Counted from the first letter of the stretch, positions 35,208 through 45,285 are shown. The stretch is 64,000 nt of DNA from an uncultured Candidatus Binatia bacterium (GCA_965213675.1 OZ243916.1:3328001-3392000); one strand, 5' to 3'. Made by a program: numbers and translations. The notes: generated by a model not told the origin, from the letters alone.

Positions 35208-36242
35208 TTGAAAGCGGTCCGGATTCACGAGCACGGCGGCGCCGACAAGCTGCGCTACGAGGACGCGCCGGATCCGGTCTTGCGCTCGCCACGGGACGTG
35301 ATCGTGCGCCTGCGAGCGGCGTCCCTGAACCACATCGACCTGTGGAACCGCAAGGGACTCACCGGGATGAAGGTGGAGTTTCCGCATATTCTCGGCGCCG
35401 ACGGGGCCGGCGTGGTGGAGGAGGTGGGAAGCGCGGTCACCCACACACGCAAGGGCGACGCGGTCTGTCTCTATCCTCCGGTGGGGTGCGGCGCCTGCGA
35501 CTTCTGTCACACCGACCGGGACTTCATGTGTGTGCGCCTGCGCGTTATCGGCGAGGGCATGAAGGGGTCGTACGCGGAATACGTGGCAATTCCCGGCGAC
35601 AACTGCTTTCCGATTCCCGAAGGCTACGGGTTCGAGGAGGCCGCGGCCTTTCCACTGGTATTCGTGACGGTGTGGCGCATGCTCGTGACCAACGCGCGTC
35701 TCGTACCCGGAGAGAAGGTGCTGATCCTGGGCATCGGCGGCGGCGTGGCCCTGGCCGCCCTGCAGATCGCCAAGGCCATGAACGCCTGGGTGGCGGTGAC
35801 CTCGAGCAGCGACGAGAAGCTCGCGCGCGCCCGCAGCCTGGGGGCCGACTACGGCTTGAACTATACCCAGTGTGATTTCACCCGTGAGATCCGCAACGTC
35901 ACTGGCAAGCGGGGCGTGGACGTGGTGGTGGATTGCGTGGGGGGCGACAGTTGGGCCAAGAGCCTCGCTTCCCTCGTCAAGGGAGGACGCCTCGTCACCT
36001 GCGGCGCCACCACCGGCGCCACCCCACCCACGGACATCCGCCGGATCTTCTGGAACCACCTGCGCGTCTTCGGATCCACCCTGGGAAGCCGTGAAGAGTT
36101 CGAGCAGGTGCTGCGCTTCCTCGAAGCGGCGAAGATCGAGCCGGTCATCGACCGGAGTTTCCCACTGGCCGAGGCGGCCGAGGCCCAGACCCGGCTGGAA
36201 GACGGACGGCAGTTCGGCAAGATCATCCTGTTGCCAGAGTAG
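35208..36242 (+). CDS. Zn-binding alcohol dehydrogenase/quinone oxidoreductase (MDR family)
   Basis: LNHID, GADGAG, CGACDFC...C, GIGGGV, FGKIIL. Confidence 0.88.
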   Translation: MKAVRIHEHGGADKLRYEDAPDPVLRSPRDVIVRLRAASLNHIDLWNRKGLTGMKVEFPHILGADGAGVVEEVGSAVTHTRKGDAVCLYPPVGCGACDFCHTDRDFMCVRLRVIGEGMKGSYAEYVAIPGDNCFPIPEGYGFEEAAAFPLVFVTVWRMLVTNARLVPGEKVLILGIGGGVALAALQIAKAMNAWVAVTSSSDEKLARARSLGADYGLNYTQCDFTREIRNVTGKRGVDVVVDCVGGDSWAKSLASLVKGGRLVTCGATTGATPPTDIRRIFWNHLRVFGSTLGSREEFEQVLRFLEAAKIEPVIDRSFPLAEAAEAQTRLEDGRQFGKIILLPE

Positions 36243-36427
36243 CCCCTCATGCGGACCGTTGGCAGGCCCGGTGGTGCGTTCGCGCGGTTGCGTAGGATAG
36301 GGGCGACTGGCGGTGGCCTTCGCATCGGGGCGCGATCATTCGCCGGGTTGCATTGTCTGGATGCGACCCGCGGTCGCCCTTGTGTTGGCGGGCCGTGTCG
36401 ACAGGGTGTGACGGGATCATACCCGAC

Positions 36428-36988
36428 ATGCGCATCATTGGTGGCAACGCGCGTGGAAGAAGAATCCACGCGCCCAAGGGCAACGCCATCCGGCCCACCG
36501 CCGACCGGGTGCGGGAGGCGCTGTTCAACATGCTCCCGCGGGATCTTGCCGGGAAGCGGGTTCTGGACCTCTTCGCCGGCAGCGGCAGCCTGTCCCTGGA
36601 GGCTCTCAGCCGGGGGGCCGAGTCCGCGCTCTTGGTGGACGCATCGCCGGCGGCGGCAAGGCTGGTCCGCCGCAACCTGGATGTGCTGGGCTTCACGGAT
36701 CGGGCACGGGTATGGGTCCATCCGGCGCGGCATGCGGTGAACCGGCTGGGGCAGGAGGGGACGGCCTTTGACGTCATCTTCCTCGACCCTCCGTACGACG
36801 GCGAATGGGTGGGAAAGACTCTGGCCGCCATCGGGACGGCCGGCACGCTCCAGGCAGAAGGCCTCGCCGTGGTCGAACACAGCCCGCGGGAGAGAGTCGA
36901 AGAGCGATACGGTCCCCTGGCGCGCCGCGACCGCCGGCAATATGGCGATACGGTGCTCTCCTTCTACATGCTCCACGATCAGAGATAG
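36428..36988 (+). CDS. rsmD: 16S rRNA m2G966 methyltransferase
   Basis: MRIIGG, RPT.DRVREALFN, DLFAGSG, DPPY. Confidence 0.95.
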   Translation: MRIIGGNARGRRIHAPKGNAIRPTADRVREALFNMLPRDLAGKRVLDLFAGSGSLSLEALSRGAESALLVDASPAAARLVRRNLDVLGFTDRARVWVHPARHAVNRLGQEGTAFDVIFLDPPYDGEWVGKTLAAIGTAGTLQAEGLAVVEHSPRERVEERYGPLARRDRRQYGDTVLSFYMLHDQR

Positions 36989-36997
36989 GTTCTTCAC

Positions 36998-37504
36998 ATG
37001 GCGGAAACCAGCATAGCGGTCTACCCGGGGTCCTTCGACCCCATCACCAACGGCCACATCGATCTGGTGCGGCGGACGCTCCGGATCTTCGATCAGGTGA
37101 TCATCGCCATCGCGTACAACCAGGAAAAGGGGGGCGCCCTCTTCTCGGTGCAGGAACGCATGGTCACCGTGCGCAAGGTCTTCGAGTCCGAGGAGCGCGT
37201 GTGCGTGGACAGCTTCCAGGGGCTGCTCGTGGATTACGCGGAGGCGGTGTCGGCCAAGGTGGTCATCCGGGGGTTGCGGGCCGTGTCCGACTTCGAATAC
37301 GAGTTTCAGATGGCCACCATGAACCGCCGGCTGAAGCCGGAAATCGAGACCTTCTTCATGATGACCAGCGAGTCGTCCTTCTACATCAGCTCGCGGCTGG
37401 TGAAGGAGGTAGCCGGCCTCGGCGGCGACGTTGCCGCGTTCGTCCCGGAGGTCGTGCTCAATCAGCTCCTGGAGAAGTTTCCTCAGTCCTCACGCGGTTC
37501 GTGA
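36998..37504 (+). CDS. coaD: Phosphopantetheine adenylyltransferase
   Basis: YPGSFDPITNGH, RGLRAVSDFEYE. Confidence 0.97.
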   Translation: MAETSIAVYPGSFDPITNGHIDLVRRTLRIFDQVIIAIAYNQEKGGALFSVQERMVTVRKVFESEERVCVDSFQGLLVDYAEAVSAKVVIRGLRAVSDFEYEFQMATMNRRLKPEIETFFMMTSESSFYISSRLVKEVAGLGGDVAAFVPEVVLNQLLEKFPQSSRGS

Positions 37505-37526
37505 AGCGCCAACGCGCGTCACGCGG

Positions 37527-37555
37527 TTGACACCACCGCACCCACCCGCTACAAA
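37527..37555 (+). promoter_or_regulatory. Candidate sigma70 promoter of tRNA-Met
   Basis: TTGACA-N17-TACAAA, ending 6 nt before the tRNA 5' end. Confidence 0.6.
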
Positions 37556-37561
37556 CACTCC

Positions 37562-37638
37562 TGCGGGGTGGAGCAGCCCGGTAGCTCGCAAGGCTCATAA
37601 CCTTGAGGTCGGTGGTTCAAATCCACCCCCCGCATCCA
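37562..37638 (+). tRNA. tRNA-Met(CAT), initiator-like
   Basis: 77-nt cloverleaf, anticodon loop CTCATAA, GGTTCAAATCC T-arm, encoded CCA; A11:U24 as in initiators. Confidence 0.93.
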
Positions 37639-37640
37639 TT

Positions 37641-37682
37641 CAATCCCCTAAAAACATTAAAGTTTTTGGGGGATTGTTGTTT
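37641..37682 (+). terminator. Hairpin terminator after the tRNA
   Basis: CAATCCCCTAAAAAC/GTTTTTGGGGGATTG stem then TTGTTT. Confidence 0.65.
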
Positions 37683-37843
37683 CTGGGTTAGCAACCAAAA
37701 AGAGAATGTCAACACCATGTCAACACCGTGGCAGGCATGTGACGTAGCCGCCTGTTTGGGGCGATCATTCGAAAGTAAAAAAAGATCTTTTCACGCAAGT
37801 GGAGATCGTCTCCCGCGGAGGTGCTGCCGTGTTGGTGCAAGGG

Positions 37844-37896
37844 TGTCAATGTCAGCCGAAAATGTCCCATTTGTGTCAATCGAAAATGTCCCACTT
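37844..37896. repeat. IS21-family terminal inverted repeat (outer element, right end)
   Basis: Starts TG, tandem CGAAAATGTCCCA units; 37861-37894 matches the reverse complement of 45252-45285 at 32/34. Confidence 0.75.
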
Positions 37897-37969
37897 CTGA
37901 TGAGGGGTGCGGTTCAGGACAGACGCGCTCCGGTTGGGTCCGCCGCTGGGTGAGGGGGTGGACGGAGGG

Positions 37970-38414
37970 TTACGCCGCGGACTGGTAGATGGCCTGTAGC
38001 CCCATCAAGCGCATCATACGCCGCACCCGGTGACGACCTACACAGACGCCTTCCCGCCACAGATGGCGGACCATCTGGCAGCTGCCGTAGAAGGGGTACT
38101 CCAGGAACAGCTCCCCGATCTTCGCGTGCAGGTCCCGAATCTCCCCCTCGTGGTCGCCCCTCGTCCGCTCCGTCCCCTTCGTGAAGACCTCCTTCATCCC
38201 CTCCACCGCCCGCTGCTTCCACGTGCTCACCTGGTTCGGATGAACCTTGTGCCGCACAGCGATCTCCTGGATCGTCTTGTCCCCGCGCAGCGCCTCCAGC
38301 GCCACTTTCGCCTTGAACTCCCCGCTGAACCGTCGTCTCGTGCTCATTGCGTATCCCTCCCCAAGTCGGTGGAATACACCTTGGCTACCTGTCCGTTTTT
38401 CCGGGACCACCTCA
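37970..38414 (-). pseudogene. IS3-family relic: left IR plus orfA fused by deletion to an orfB fragment
   Basis: IR TGAGGTGGTCC at 38414; MSTRRRFSGEFKAKVALEA...HAKIGE joined directly to PFYGSCQM...LMGLQAIY. Confidence 0.85.
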
Positions 38415-38548
38415 CCTGAAGGCGTCAGGTGTCCAGCGCCTTCGCCACATGGATATTTTGAAGTTATCTCTATTGCATGGTTATTATCCATGTATGGACG
38501 CTTTCAATGAAACATCACCTTGGTTTGTTTCGAAACTGTGCTATTTTA

Positions 38549-39391
38549 ATGGTAATGCGCCATCAAAGAACGCCACGTCTGAAACCACTCCTGGATGCGG
38601 TCCCCCCCGGCTTCATGGTGGACACGCGGTGGCTCAGGGCCCAGGGCATCGACCCCAAGTCCATCCACGACTATGTCGCCCGCGGATGGCTTGAGCGGGT
38701 TGTCCGCGGGGTCTACCGCCGTCCGCTGCCGGAAGGCGCACGGGGCGCCTACGGAGAATCCTGGGAAATCCCCCTTCTCTCCCTGCAATGGCTCATGAAG
38801 TACGCCGTGCATCTGGGCGGAGAGAGCGCCCTCGACGTGCTCGGCTACGCGCATTACCTGAGACTCGGAGAAAAGCCCCGCGTTTGGTTCTACGGCGAGG
38901 CGCCGTCCTGGATCAAGCGGCTGCCGATCGGGACGCAGATCGTGATGCGCCGGCGCACGCTCTTCGGCGACGACCCGCTGGGCATCGAGGATGCCGGTTC
39001 CGGGGCGGACGGACCGGCGGTCGGCGTGTGGCGCTGGCCTCTCAAGGCGTCGTCTCCGGAGCGAGCCGTCCTGGAGGCCCTTGACGAGCTGCCGCGGCGC
39101 GCCGGCTTCGAGAACCTGGACAAGGTATTCGAGGGGCTGGCGTCGCTCCGGCCCGGGCGGCTCATGGCGCTTCTGACGGCTTGCCGCAGCGTAAAGGTGC
39201 GCAGGCTGTTCTTTGTCTTCGCGGACAGGCACGGGCACGAATGGCGCAAGCACCTGGACGCATCGAGGATCGACTTCGGGTCGGGACCGCGGGCCTTGGT
39301 GGAGGGCGGCAGGCTTCACCCGGACTACCGCATCTACGTGCCCCGGGCACTGGCGCGCGGGAAACCTGCGGCGGCGGACGGCAATGCTTGA
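38549..39391 (+). CDS. Type IV TA antitoxin, AbiEi family
   Basis: N-terminal wHTH (WLERVVRGVY), SSPERA.LE, C.SVKV.RLF; overlaps toxin start. Confidence 0.85.
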   Translation: MVMRHQRTPRLKPLLDAVPPGFMVDTRWLRAQGIDPKSIHDYVARGWLERVVRGVYRRPLPEGARGAYGESWEIPLLSLQWLMKYAVHLGGESALDVLGYAHYLRLGEKPRVWFYGEAPSWIKRLPIGTQIVMRRRTLFGDDPLGIEDAGSGADGPAVGVWRWPLKASSPERAVLEALDELPRRAGFENLDKVFEGLASLRPGRLMALLTACRSVKVRRLFFVFADRHGHEWRKHLDASRIDFGSGPRALVEGGRLHPDYRIYVPRALARGKPAAADGNA

Positions 39392-40298
39392 CCGGTACGT
39401 GGCGCAGGTACGCCTGCTGCTGAGCGTGCTGCCGGACATTGCGGGGGAGACCGCGTTCGCGCTCAAGGGCGGCACCGCCATCAACCTGTTCCACAGGGAC
39501 ATGCCGAGGCTGTCCGTAGACGTCGACCTGACCTACCTGCCGGTCGCGGACCGCCGGTCGTCGCTTGAAGCAATCGACAGTACGCTCGACCGCATCGCGG
39601 CGGCGGTAACCGCCCGCAATCCGCGGCTCAGGGCGCGCCGCATCGCGGGCGGCGGGGACATCGGCACGCGCATCATGGTGAGCGATGGCCGCGCGCGGAT
39701 AAAGATCGAGACCTCCCCGGTGACGCGAGGGGCGGTGCATCCGGCAAGGCCGATGACCGTGTGCGAGAGAGTCACGGAGCAATTCGGATTCGCCGAAGCG
39801 AACGTGCTGGCCTTCGAGGACCTGTACGGCGGGAAGCTCCATGCGGCGCTCGACCGCCAGCATCCGCGCGACATCTTCGACGTCAGGCTCCTGTACGACA
39901 ACGAAGGCATGACGGACGGCCTCTTCCGCACGTTCATGGTCTATTTGGCGAGCTCGAACCGTCCGATGCATGAGCTCCTGGCGCCGGCGGCGCTTCCCGG
40001 AGAGGATCTGTACTACGAAGAGTTCGCCGGGATGACGCGCGAGGCGGTATCCAGGGATGAACTGGCCGACGCGCGAGGCCGTCTGCACGCCGACATCGCA
40101 TCGCGGTTGAAGGGCGACATCGCGGCGTTCCTGCTCTCCCTCCACGATGCGGAGCCCGACTTTGGCCTGATCGGCTTGCCCGAGGCCGTGAACCTGCCGG
40201 CCGTGCGCTGGAAATTGGTGAACCTGGAGAAGCTCAAGCGGGAAAATCCGTACAAGCACGCGGTGGAGCGCGAAGCGCTCGAAAACCTCTTCCGGTAA
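39384..40298 (+). CDS. Type IV TA toxin, AbiEii nucleotidyltransferase
   Basis: LKGGTAINL, RLSVDVDL, GKLHAALDRQHPRD.FD. Confidence 0.9.
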   Translation: MLDRYVAQVRLLLSVLPDIAGETAFALKGGTAINLFHRDMPRLSVDVDLTYLPVADRRSSLEAIDSTLDRIAAAVTARNPRLRARRIAGGGDIGTRIMVSDGRARIKIETSPVTRGAVHPARPMTVCERVTEQFGFAEANVLAFEDLYGGKLHAALDRQHPRDIFDVRLLYDNEGMTDGLFRTFMVYLASSNRPMHELLAPAALPGEDLYYEEFAGMTREAVSRDELADARGRLHADIASRLKGDIAAFLLSLHDAEPDFGLIGLPEAVNLPAVRWKLVNLEKLKRENPYKHAVEREALENLFR

Positions 40299-40680
40299 CG
40301 ACGAAGCCCGTTTGACAAAGTTCATGAGTGGCGGTCAAGTGGAGAAATGATCAAGTCTTCGATCGCGTTCTCCAAGTCCCGCAGGACCTTGATCGCGTCG
40401 CTGGAAGGTGACGCGCGTAGAGGATAGAGGATCGGATTAGCGAGGCCCGCAACGAAAACCCGTGGCGACAGGCTAAAGAAACCGCTGGTGGCGGAGACTG
40501 TGCGTGAGAAACGTATGACTTCTGTCAATGGCAATCGAAAACTGCACACTTTCGAGAAGAGCGTCAGTGCAGAAGTGACGCTCTGCGGTTGGTTCGGTTC
40601 ATGCGTCATAGTCTGGACGGAGGGAGCGGAGCGAGCGGAGTCCAGGCCATGACGGGTAGCAGATCGGGAGGACATGGCGC

Positions 40681-41142
40681 TCACAAGACGCCTCCCTGGC
40701 GAGGCTGCTGGTCGGCTGACCGCATGAGGTTGCGGTGTTCGCGCATCCGGTAGCTGTTCCCGCGGATGTTGACGATGTGGCAGTGGTGCAGGAGCCGGTC
40801 GATGAGGGCAGCAGCCATGACCTCGTCGCCGAGGACGCTGCCCCAGTCCTCGAAGCCCTTGTTGGAGGTGAGCACGGTGGAGGCGCGTTCGTGCCTGGCG
40901 TTGATGAGCTGGAAGAAGAGCACGGCGCCGTCCTGAGTGACGGGCAGGTAGCCGATCTCGTCCACCACGAGCAAGGCGGGATAGGTAAGGACCCGCAGCC
41001 GGCGGGAGAGCTCGCCTGCGGCCTTGGCCTCCAGCAGCGACTCGATCAGTCCGGCCAAGGTTCCGTAGTAGACGCGGTGGCCGGATTCGGCGGCGGCGAC
41101 GGCCAGGCTGATAGCAAGATGAGTCTTGCCGACCCCGGGCGG
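40681..41142 (-). pseudogene. istB: istB 3' fragment
   Basis: GVGKTHLA, VDEIGY, LTSN, DRLLHH, GNSYR. Confidence 0.9.
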
Positions 41143-41150
41143 ACCCGCCA

Positions 41151-41627
41151 CATATTGCCCGTTATCACGGTCGCGAGATAACCATTCGTTACCCGTTCCA
41201 TCCTCGTGCTGGCGAGACGATGGCGGTCATCCGGCGCCACCGGTTCCGTGGCATGAGCGTCTTCGTTGTCAGGCAGCCCGACGGAACGCTGGCGCAGATC
41301 CCTGCATGGATGTGCGCCACGGAGGCGGGCGCGATGTCGGTGACGAAGTCCCCACGCCTTCCAGTGGCCGAACTGCACACGCTTCGCATTACCGTCGACG
41401 CCCTTCTATCATCGCTCTCCAAACCCCCCAACGAAGGAGAGCCACATGGGCAAGAACGGGATTCGTCGTCAGAGAGATCTGCTGAAGCTGTTGGAGCCAG
41501 GGCCGGTGCTCGCACCGGAGTTGCTCAAGTCGGTCGTGCCGCTGCTGGCGACACTGCTGCTGCAAGCGGTGGAAGCCGAGGCGCAAAGCGCCGCGGAAAC
41601 GGTGACGGTGGAGGGAGCGAGCAATGA
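41151..41627 (+). CDS. Small accessory protein of the recombinase element (resembles Y4bD/DUF5372-type); natural start absent in integrated state
   Basis: IRYPFHP..G and DGTLAQIPAWM motifs; first in-frame ATG (41220) lies after YPFHP; family name from recall. Confidence 0.55.
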   Translation, partial: HIARYHGREITIRYPFHPRAGETMAVIRRHRFRGMSVFVVRQPDGTLAQIPAWMCATEAGAMSVTKSPRLPVAELHTLRITVDALLSSLSKPPNEGEPHGQERDSSSERSAEAVGARAGARTGVAQVGRAAAGDTAAASGGSRGAKRRGNGDGGGSEQ

Positions 41628-41631
41628 GTAA
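41446..41631 (+). CDS. Small hypothetical protein preceding the recombinase
   Basis: AGGAG RBS, 61 aa, overlaps recombinase start. Confidence 0.4.
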   Translation: MGKNGIRRQRDLLKLLEPGPVLAPELLKSVVPLLATLLLQAVEAEAQSAAETVTVEGASNE

Positions 41632-43577
41632 GGTCTCGGCCGATCATCTCTCCCGTAAGGCGTTTGTCTACATCCGTCAATCCACCCCGGACCAGTTGAG
41701 ACACAATCACGAGAGCCGGCGGCGGCAGTACGGCCTGACGGTGAGAGCCCGGAAGTTGGGATGGGGCGAGACGGTGGTGATCGACGAGGATCTCGGCCGT
41801 TCGGGCAGTGGCACGGCACGGCCGGGGTTCGAGCGGTTGTTGTTGGCGATCTGCGAGGGACGGGTGGGCATTGTCCTGGCGTTGGAGGCTTCACGCCTCG
41901 CCCGCAACGGCCGCGACTGGCACACGCTGCTTGAGTTCTGCGGGCTGGTGGGGTGTCTGCTCGCCGACGAGGAGGGCGTCTACGACCCGCGCCTGCCCAA
42001 CGACCGTCTCCTTCTGGGCATGAAAGGGACCCTGTCGGAGCTTGAGCTGTCCACGATGCGTCAGCGCTCGCTGGAGGCGCTGCGCCAGAAGGCGCGCCGT
42101 GGCGAGCTCCTGCTGAACGTCGCCGTGGGCTACGTGAAGGTTCCGCGAGACCGGATCGTCAAGGATCCCGACCGGCGCGTGCAGGAGGCGATCAGCTTGG
42201 TGTTCCGCAAGTTCTCAGAGTTCCAGAGCGTTCGGCAAGTCCATCTTTGGCTCCGTCAGGAGGAAGTGCTGCTGCCGGCAGTGGACGGCGAGCCGGGTGA
42301 CGGTGGAAGGCGGCCGCAAGCGGGTCAGCCGGGGCCATCGCCGGGACCGCGAGGCCTGGGACGTGTTGATCGTGGATCACCATGAGGGTTATGTTTCCTG
42401 GGAGGAGTTCGAGAGGAACCAGCGTTTGATCGCCGACAACGCCAACTGCAAGGGGTTGATGACACGGGGCGCGGTTCGCCGTGGCGATGCCCTGCTGGCG
42501 GGGCTCTTGCGCTGCGGTCACTGCGGCCGGCGGTTGCATGTTTCCTATAGCGGCACCGACGGCTACTGCGTTCGCTACAGTTGCCGCGGGGCGCACCTCA
42601 ACCATGGGACTCGGCGCTGCATCTCGTTCGGCGGCGTTCGTGTGGACTCGGCGGTTGCCGAGGAGGTGCTACGGCTGTTGAGCCCGTTGGGCATCGAGGC
42701 CTCGGTGGAAGCCGTGACGATGAGGGAGGACAACGTCGCCGAGACGCGGCGCCAGGTGGAGCTGGGTTTGACCCAGGCGCGCTACGAGGCGGATCTTGCG
42801 CGTCGCCAGTACGATGCGGTGGACTCGCAGAACCGGCTGGTGGCGGCGGAGCTCGAGCGCAGATGGAACGAGCGGCTGGCGGAGGTGGCGAGGCAGGAAG
42901 AGCGGTTGGCGGCCACGGCGGCTGTCCAGCCGGATGCCTTGTCCGGCGAGGACAGAGAGCGGCTGCTGGCGCTCGGGGGCGACCTTGAGACGGTCTGGGA
43001 GCACCCCGGCGCCACGGCGGAAACCCGCAAGCGGATACTGCGCGCGGTGCTGGAAGAGATCGTCGCCACCTCGGCCGAGGACCGTATCGAACTCCTGCTG
43101 CACTGGCGCGGTGGCGATCACACCCGCCTGAGCGTTGCCCGCAACCGCACCGGGCAACATCGGTGGCGGACCAGCGCGGAGGTCGGCGAGCTGATCCGCG
43201 GCCTTGCCCGACAGCAGCCGGACAGCGCCATAGCGGCCACGCTGAATCGGCTGGGCAAGCGGACCGGCCGCGGCAACGCATGGACGGAGATGCGGGTCCG
43301 CAGCTTCCGGTGCCATCACACGGTTCCCGTGTACCGGCCGGGCGAGATGGGGGAACGCGGAGAACTCACTCTCAAGGAGACTGCGGGCAGGCTCAGGGTC
43401 AGCACGATGACGGTCCTGCGTCTCATCAGCGCCGGAACGATTACGGCGCGGCAACTCTGCAAGGGGGCGCCCTGGGCGGTGCCGGAGGCGCAGATCACGG
43501 GACTCGAAGGCGCGGAGGTGGTTCCCCACCATCCGCTAACAGCCAACACGGATCAGAAAGAACTGGATTTCCAATAA
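41624..43577 (+). pseudogene. Large serine recombinase, frameshifted near 42290
   Basis: YIRQST catalytic Ser, DLGRSG, SRLARN; second frame carries CGHCG Zn ribbon, coiled coil and HTH; junction appears to lack the NPxYAG segment. Confidence 0.85.
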
Positions 43578-43609
43578 CGTAGAGAGGTGTGCATTATGAA
43601 GCCCGACTC

Positions 43610-43950
43610 GGCGGGCCGATAAAAATGACGTTTTCGCGGCGATCCAGGAAGCCGAGTTCGTGGAGGCTCTCGATCTGCTCGCGCTTGATGCTGGGCTGGA
43701 AGGCGAAGTCGAACTGGGCCAGGGTCTTCACGGCCGGCAGCCGCGACGAGCGCATGGCGGTCTGGAGGCGGCGGTTGTTGCGCAACCCGATCTGGGCGTC
43801 CAACAACTGCTCGATAGCCTCGCTGGCGGTGGCCGCCCCGCTGTCGGCCTGGGCCAGGACGTCGTCGACGGCCTCGAGCGCGCCCGGCATCTTCAGGTCC
43901 GCCAGCATCGCCCGCAGCCGGTCGCGCCGGTTGCCTGCCTCGGCCCTCAT
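43610..43950 (-). pseudogene. istB: istB 5' fragment
   Basis: KTLAQFDFAFQPSI...ENVIFIGPP; ATGA overlap with istA. Confidence 0.9.
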
Positions 43951-44969
43951 GACACGGCCTCCGCATAGGCGCTGAGCGAGCGCCGCTCGACGTCTACGGT
44001 GACGGGCAGGGGGCGCCGGGCTTGCTGTGGAAGCGTGTGCATACCAAGGCGCCGATACGGGCAACTCGCCAACGGCAGCAGCGCCTGTAGCTCGTCACGC
44101 TCGAAGCGGTCCACCGGGCGCTCCCTGGTGGTGCCGTGCCAGCGCCGGTTCGCGGTTCCCTCAAGCCACAAGCGCACCTGCTCGTTCAGGTCCTCGTCGT
44201 TCAGGAACTCCCGGCCGTAGAAGAAGTTGTTGCGGATGTAGCGGATCGGGCGCTCCACCTTGCCCTTGGTTTGGGCTCGGTACGGCCGGCATGCCCGAGG
44301 CCGGAACCCCCAGTGCGCGGCGAACCGTAAGAAGTCCGCGTTCAACACCAACTCGCCCCCGCCCGCGCGGCCGTCCGACACCACCACCGAACGCATCTGG
44401 TCGAACTACAGCTCCTGCGGCACCCCGCCGAAGCACTCGAAGGCGCTCTCCAGCCCTTCGATCAGCACTGCCATCGTCTGCCGCCTGTAAAACCGCAGCC
44501 ACAACAGCCGGGAGTGGCTCAGAACCGTCACCAGAGCGTGCCGCCGCCCCCAGGGAAGCGTGAACGTCGCAAAGTCCACCTGCCCCTGCCGTCCCGCCGG
44601 CGTCTCGAACCGCACCACCGCCTCCGCCGTCTCCCGCGGCCGTACCGACCGAACGTACTCCCTCACACGGACGTACCCGCCCGTGTACCCCGCCCCTCGT
44701 ACCTCGTCGTATAGCCGCTTCGCCGACAACCGCGGATACTCCTCCAGTCGCGCCTCGATGATCCCCTTGTACGGATCCAGCTTGTGACACACCGCCGGTC
44801 TCGCCCTGTACCGCGTCCCGCCTCCCGACAGATCCCGGTCTAACTGCCCCGTCTCCACCCACTCGTGGATCGTCCGGCGACTCACCCCGAACCGCCGCGA
44901 CAGCTCCGTCTTCGTTACACCCCGTTCCAGATAGTGCCTAAGCAGCATCCTCGTCTCCCATCCGTGCAT
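43947..44969 (-). pseudogene. istA: IS21 transposase IstA with in-frame TAG at 44406-44408
   Basis: RFETPAG.QGQVDF, PQEL*FDQM, KGKVER; both ORF halves share a frame. Confidence 0.9.
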
Positions 44970-45089
44970 CTGTGCTCCGCTCCGTTCCTGTTGCTCTTGC
45001 CAACAGCGTGGACCCGAGCACTCACACCGGCAATCAATCTGTGCAGTTTTCGATTGCCATAAATGGGAAATTTACAGTTGCCACCAACA

Positions 45090-45285
45090 ATCCACACCAA
45101 ACCGTCGCGACAACTCCGCCCTGGTCACGCCTCGTTCCAGATAGTGCCTTATCAGCATCCTTGTCTCCCATCCGTGCATCAGTTCGCCGCTCCATTCCTG
45201 TTGGCTTTTCCCAACAGACTGGCCAACGTACACCTCCTCGCAATCTTCTATGTGCGACATCTTCGATTGACACAAATGGGACATT
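45090..45285 (-). pseudogene. Left-end relic of a second (outer) IS21 with the first ~30 istA codons
   Basis: MHGWETRMLIRHYLERGVTRAELSRRFGV (ATG 45179) duplicates the inner istA start; truncated IR 45252-45285. Confidence 0.8.

Larger units (their letters stand above)
41143..43609 (+). mobile_element. Serine-recombinase element inserted into the istB Walker A codons
   Basis: Flanked by direct GGCGG (41138-41142, 43610-43614); removal restores IFIGPPGVGKT in frame. Confidence 0.85.
40523..45089 (-). mobile_element. IS21-family element (inner), inactivated
   Basis: Ends TGTCAATGGCAATCGAAAACTGCACAC (40523) and TGTTGGTGGCAAC...GGCAATCGAAAACTGCACA (45089, minus); contains istA and split istB; no target duplication. 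Confidence 0.85.

Noticed and set aside
40322-40684. 120-aa minus-strand ORF after istB
   Set aside because: Spans the IS21 end and has no recognisable motif; likely spurious
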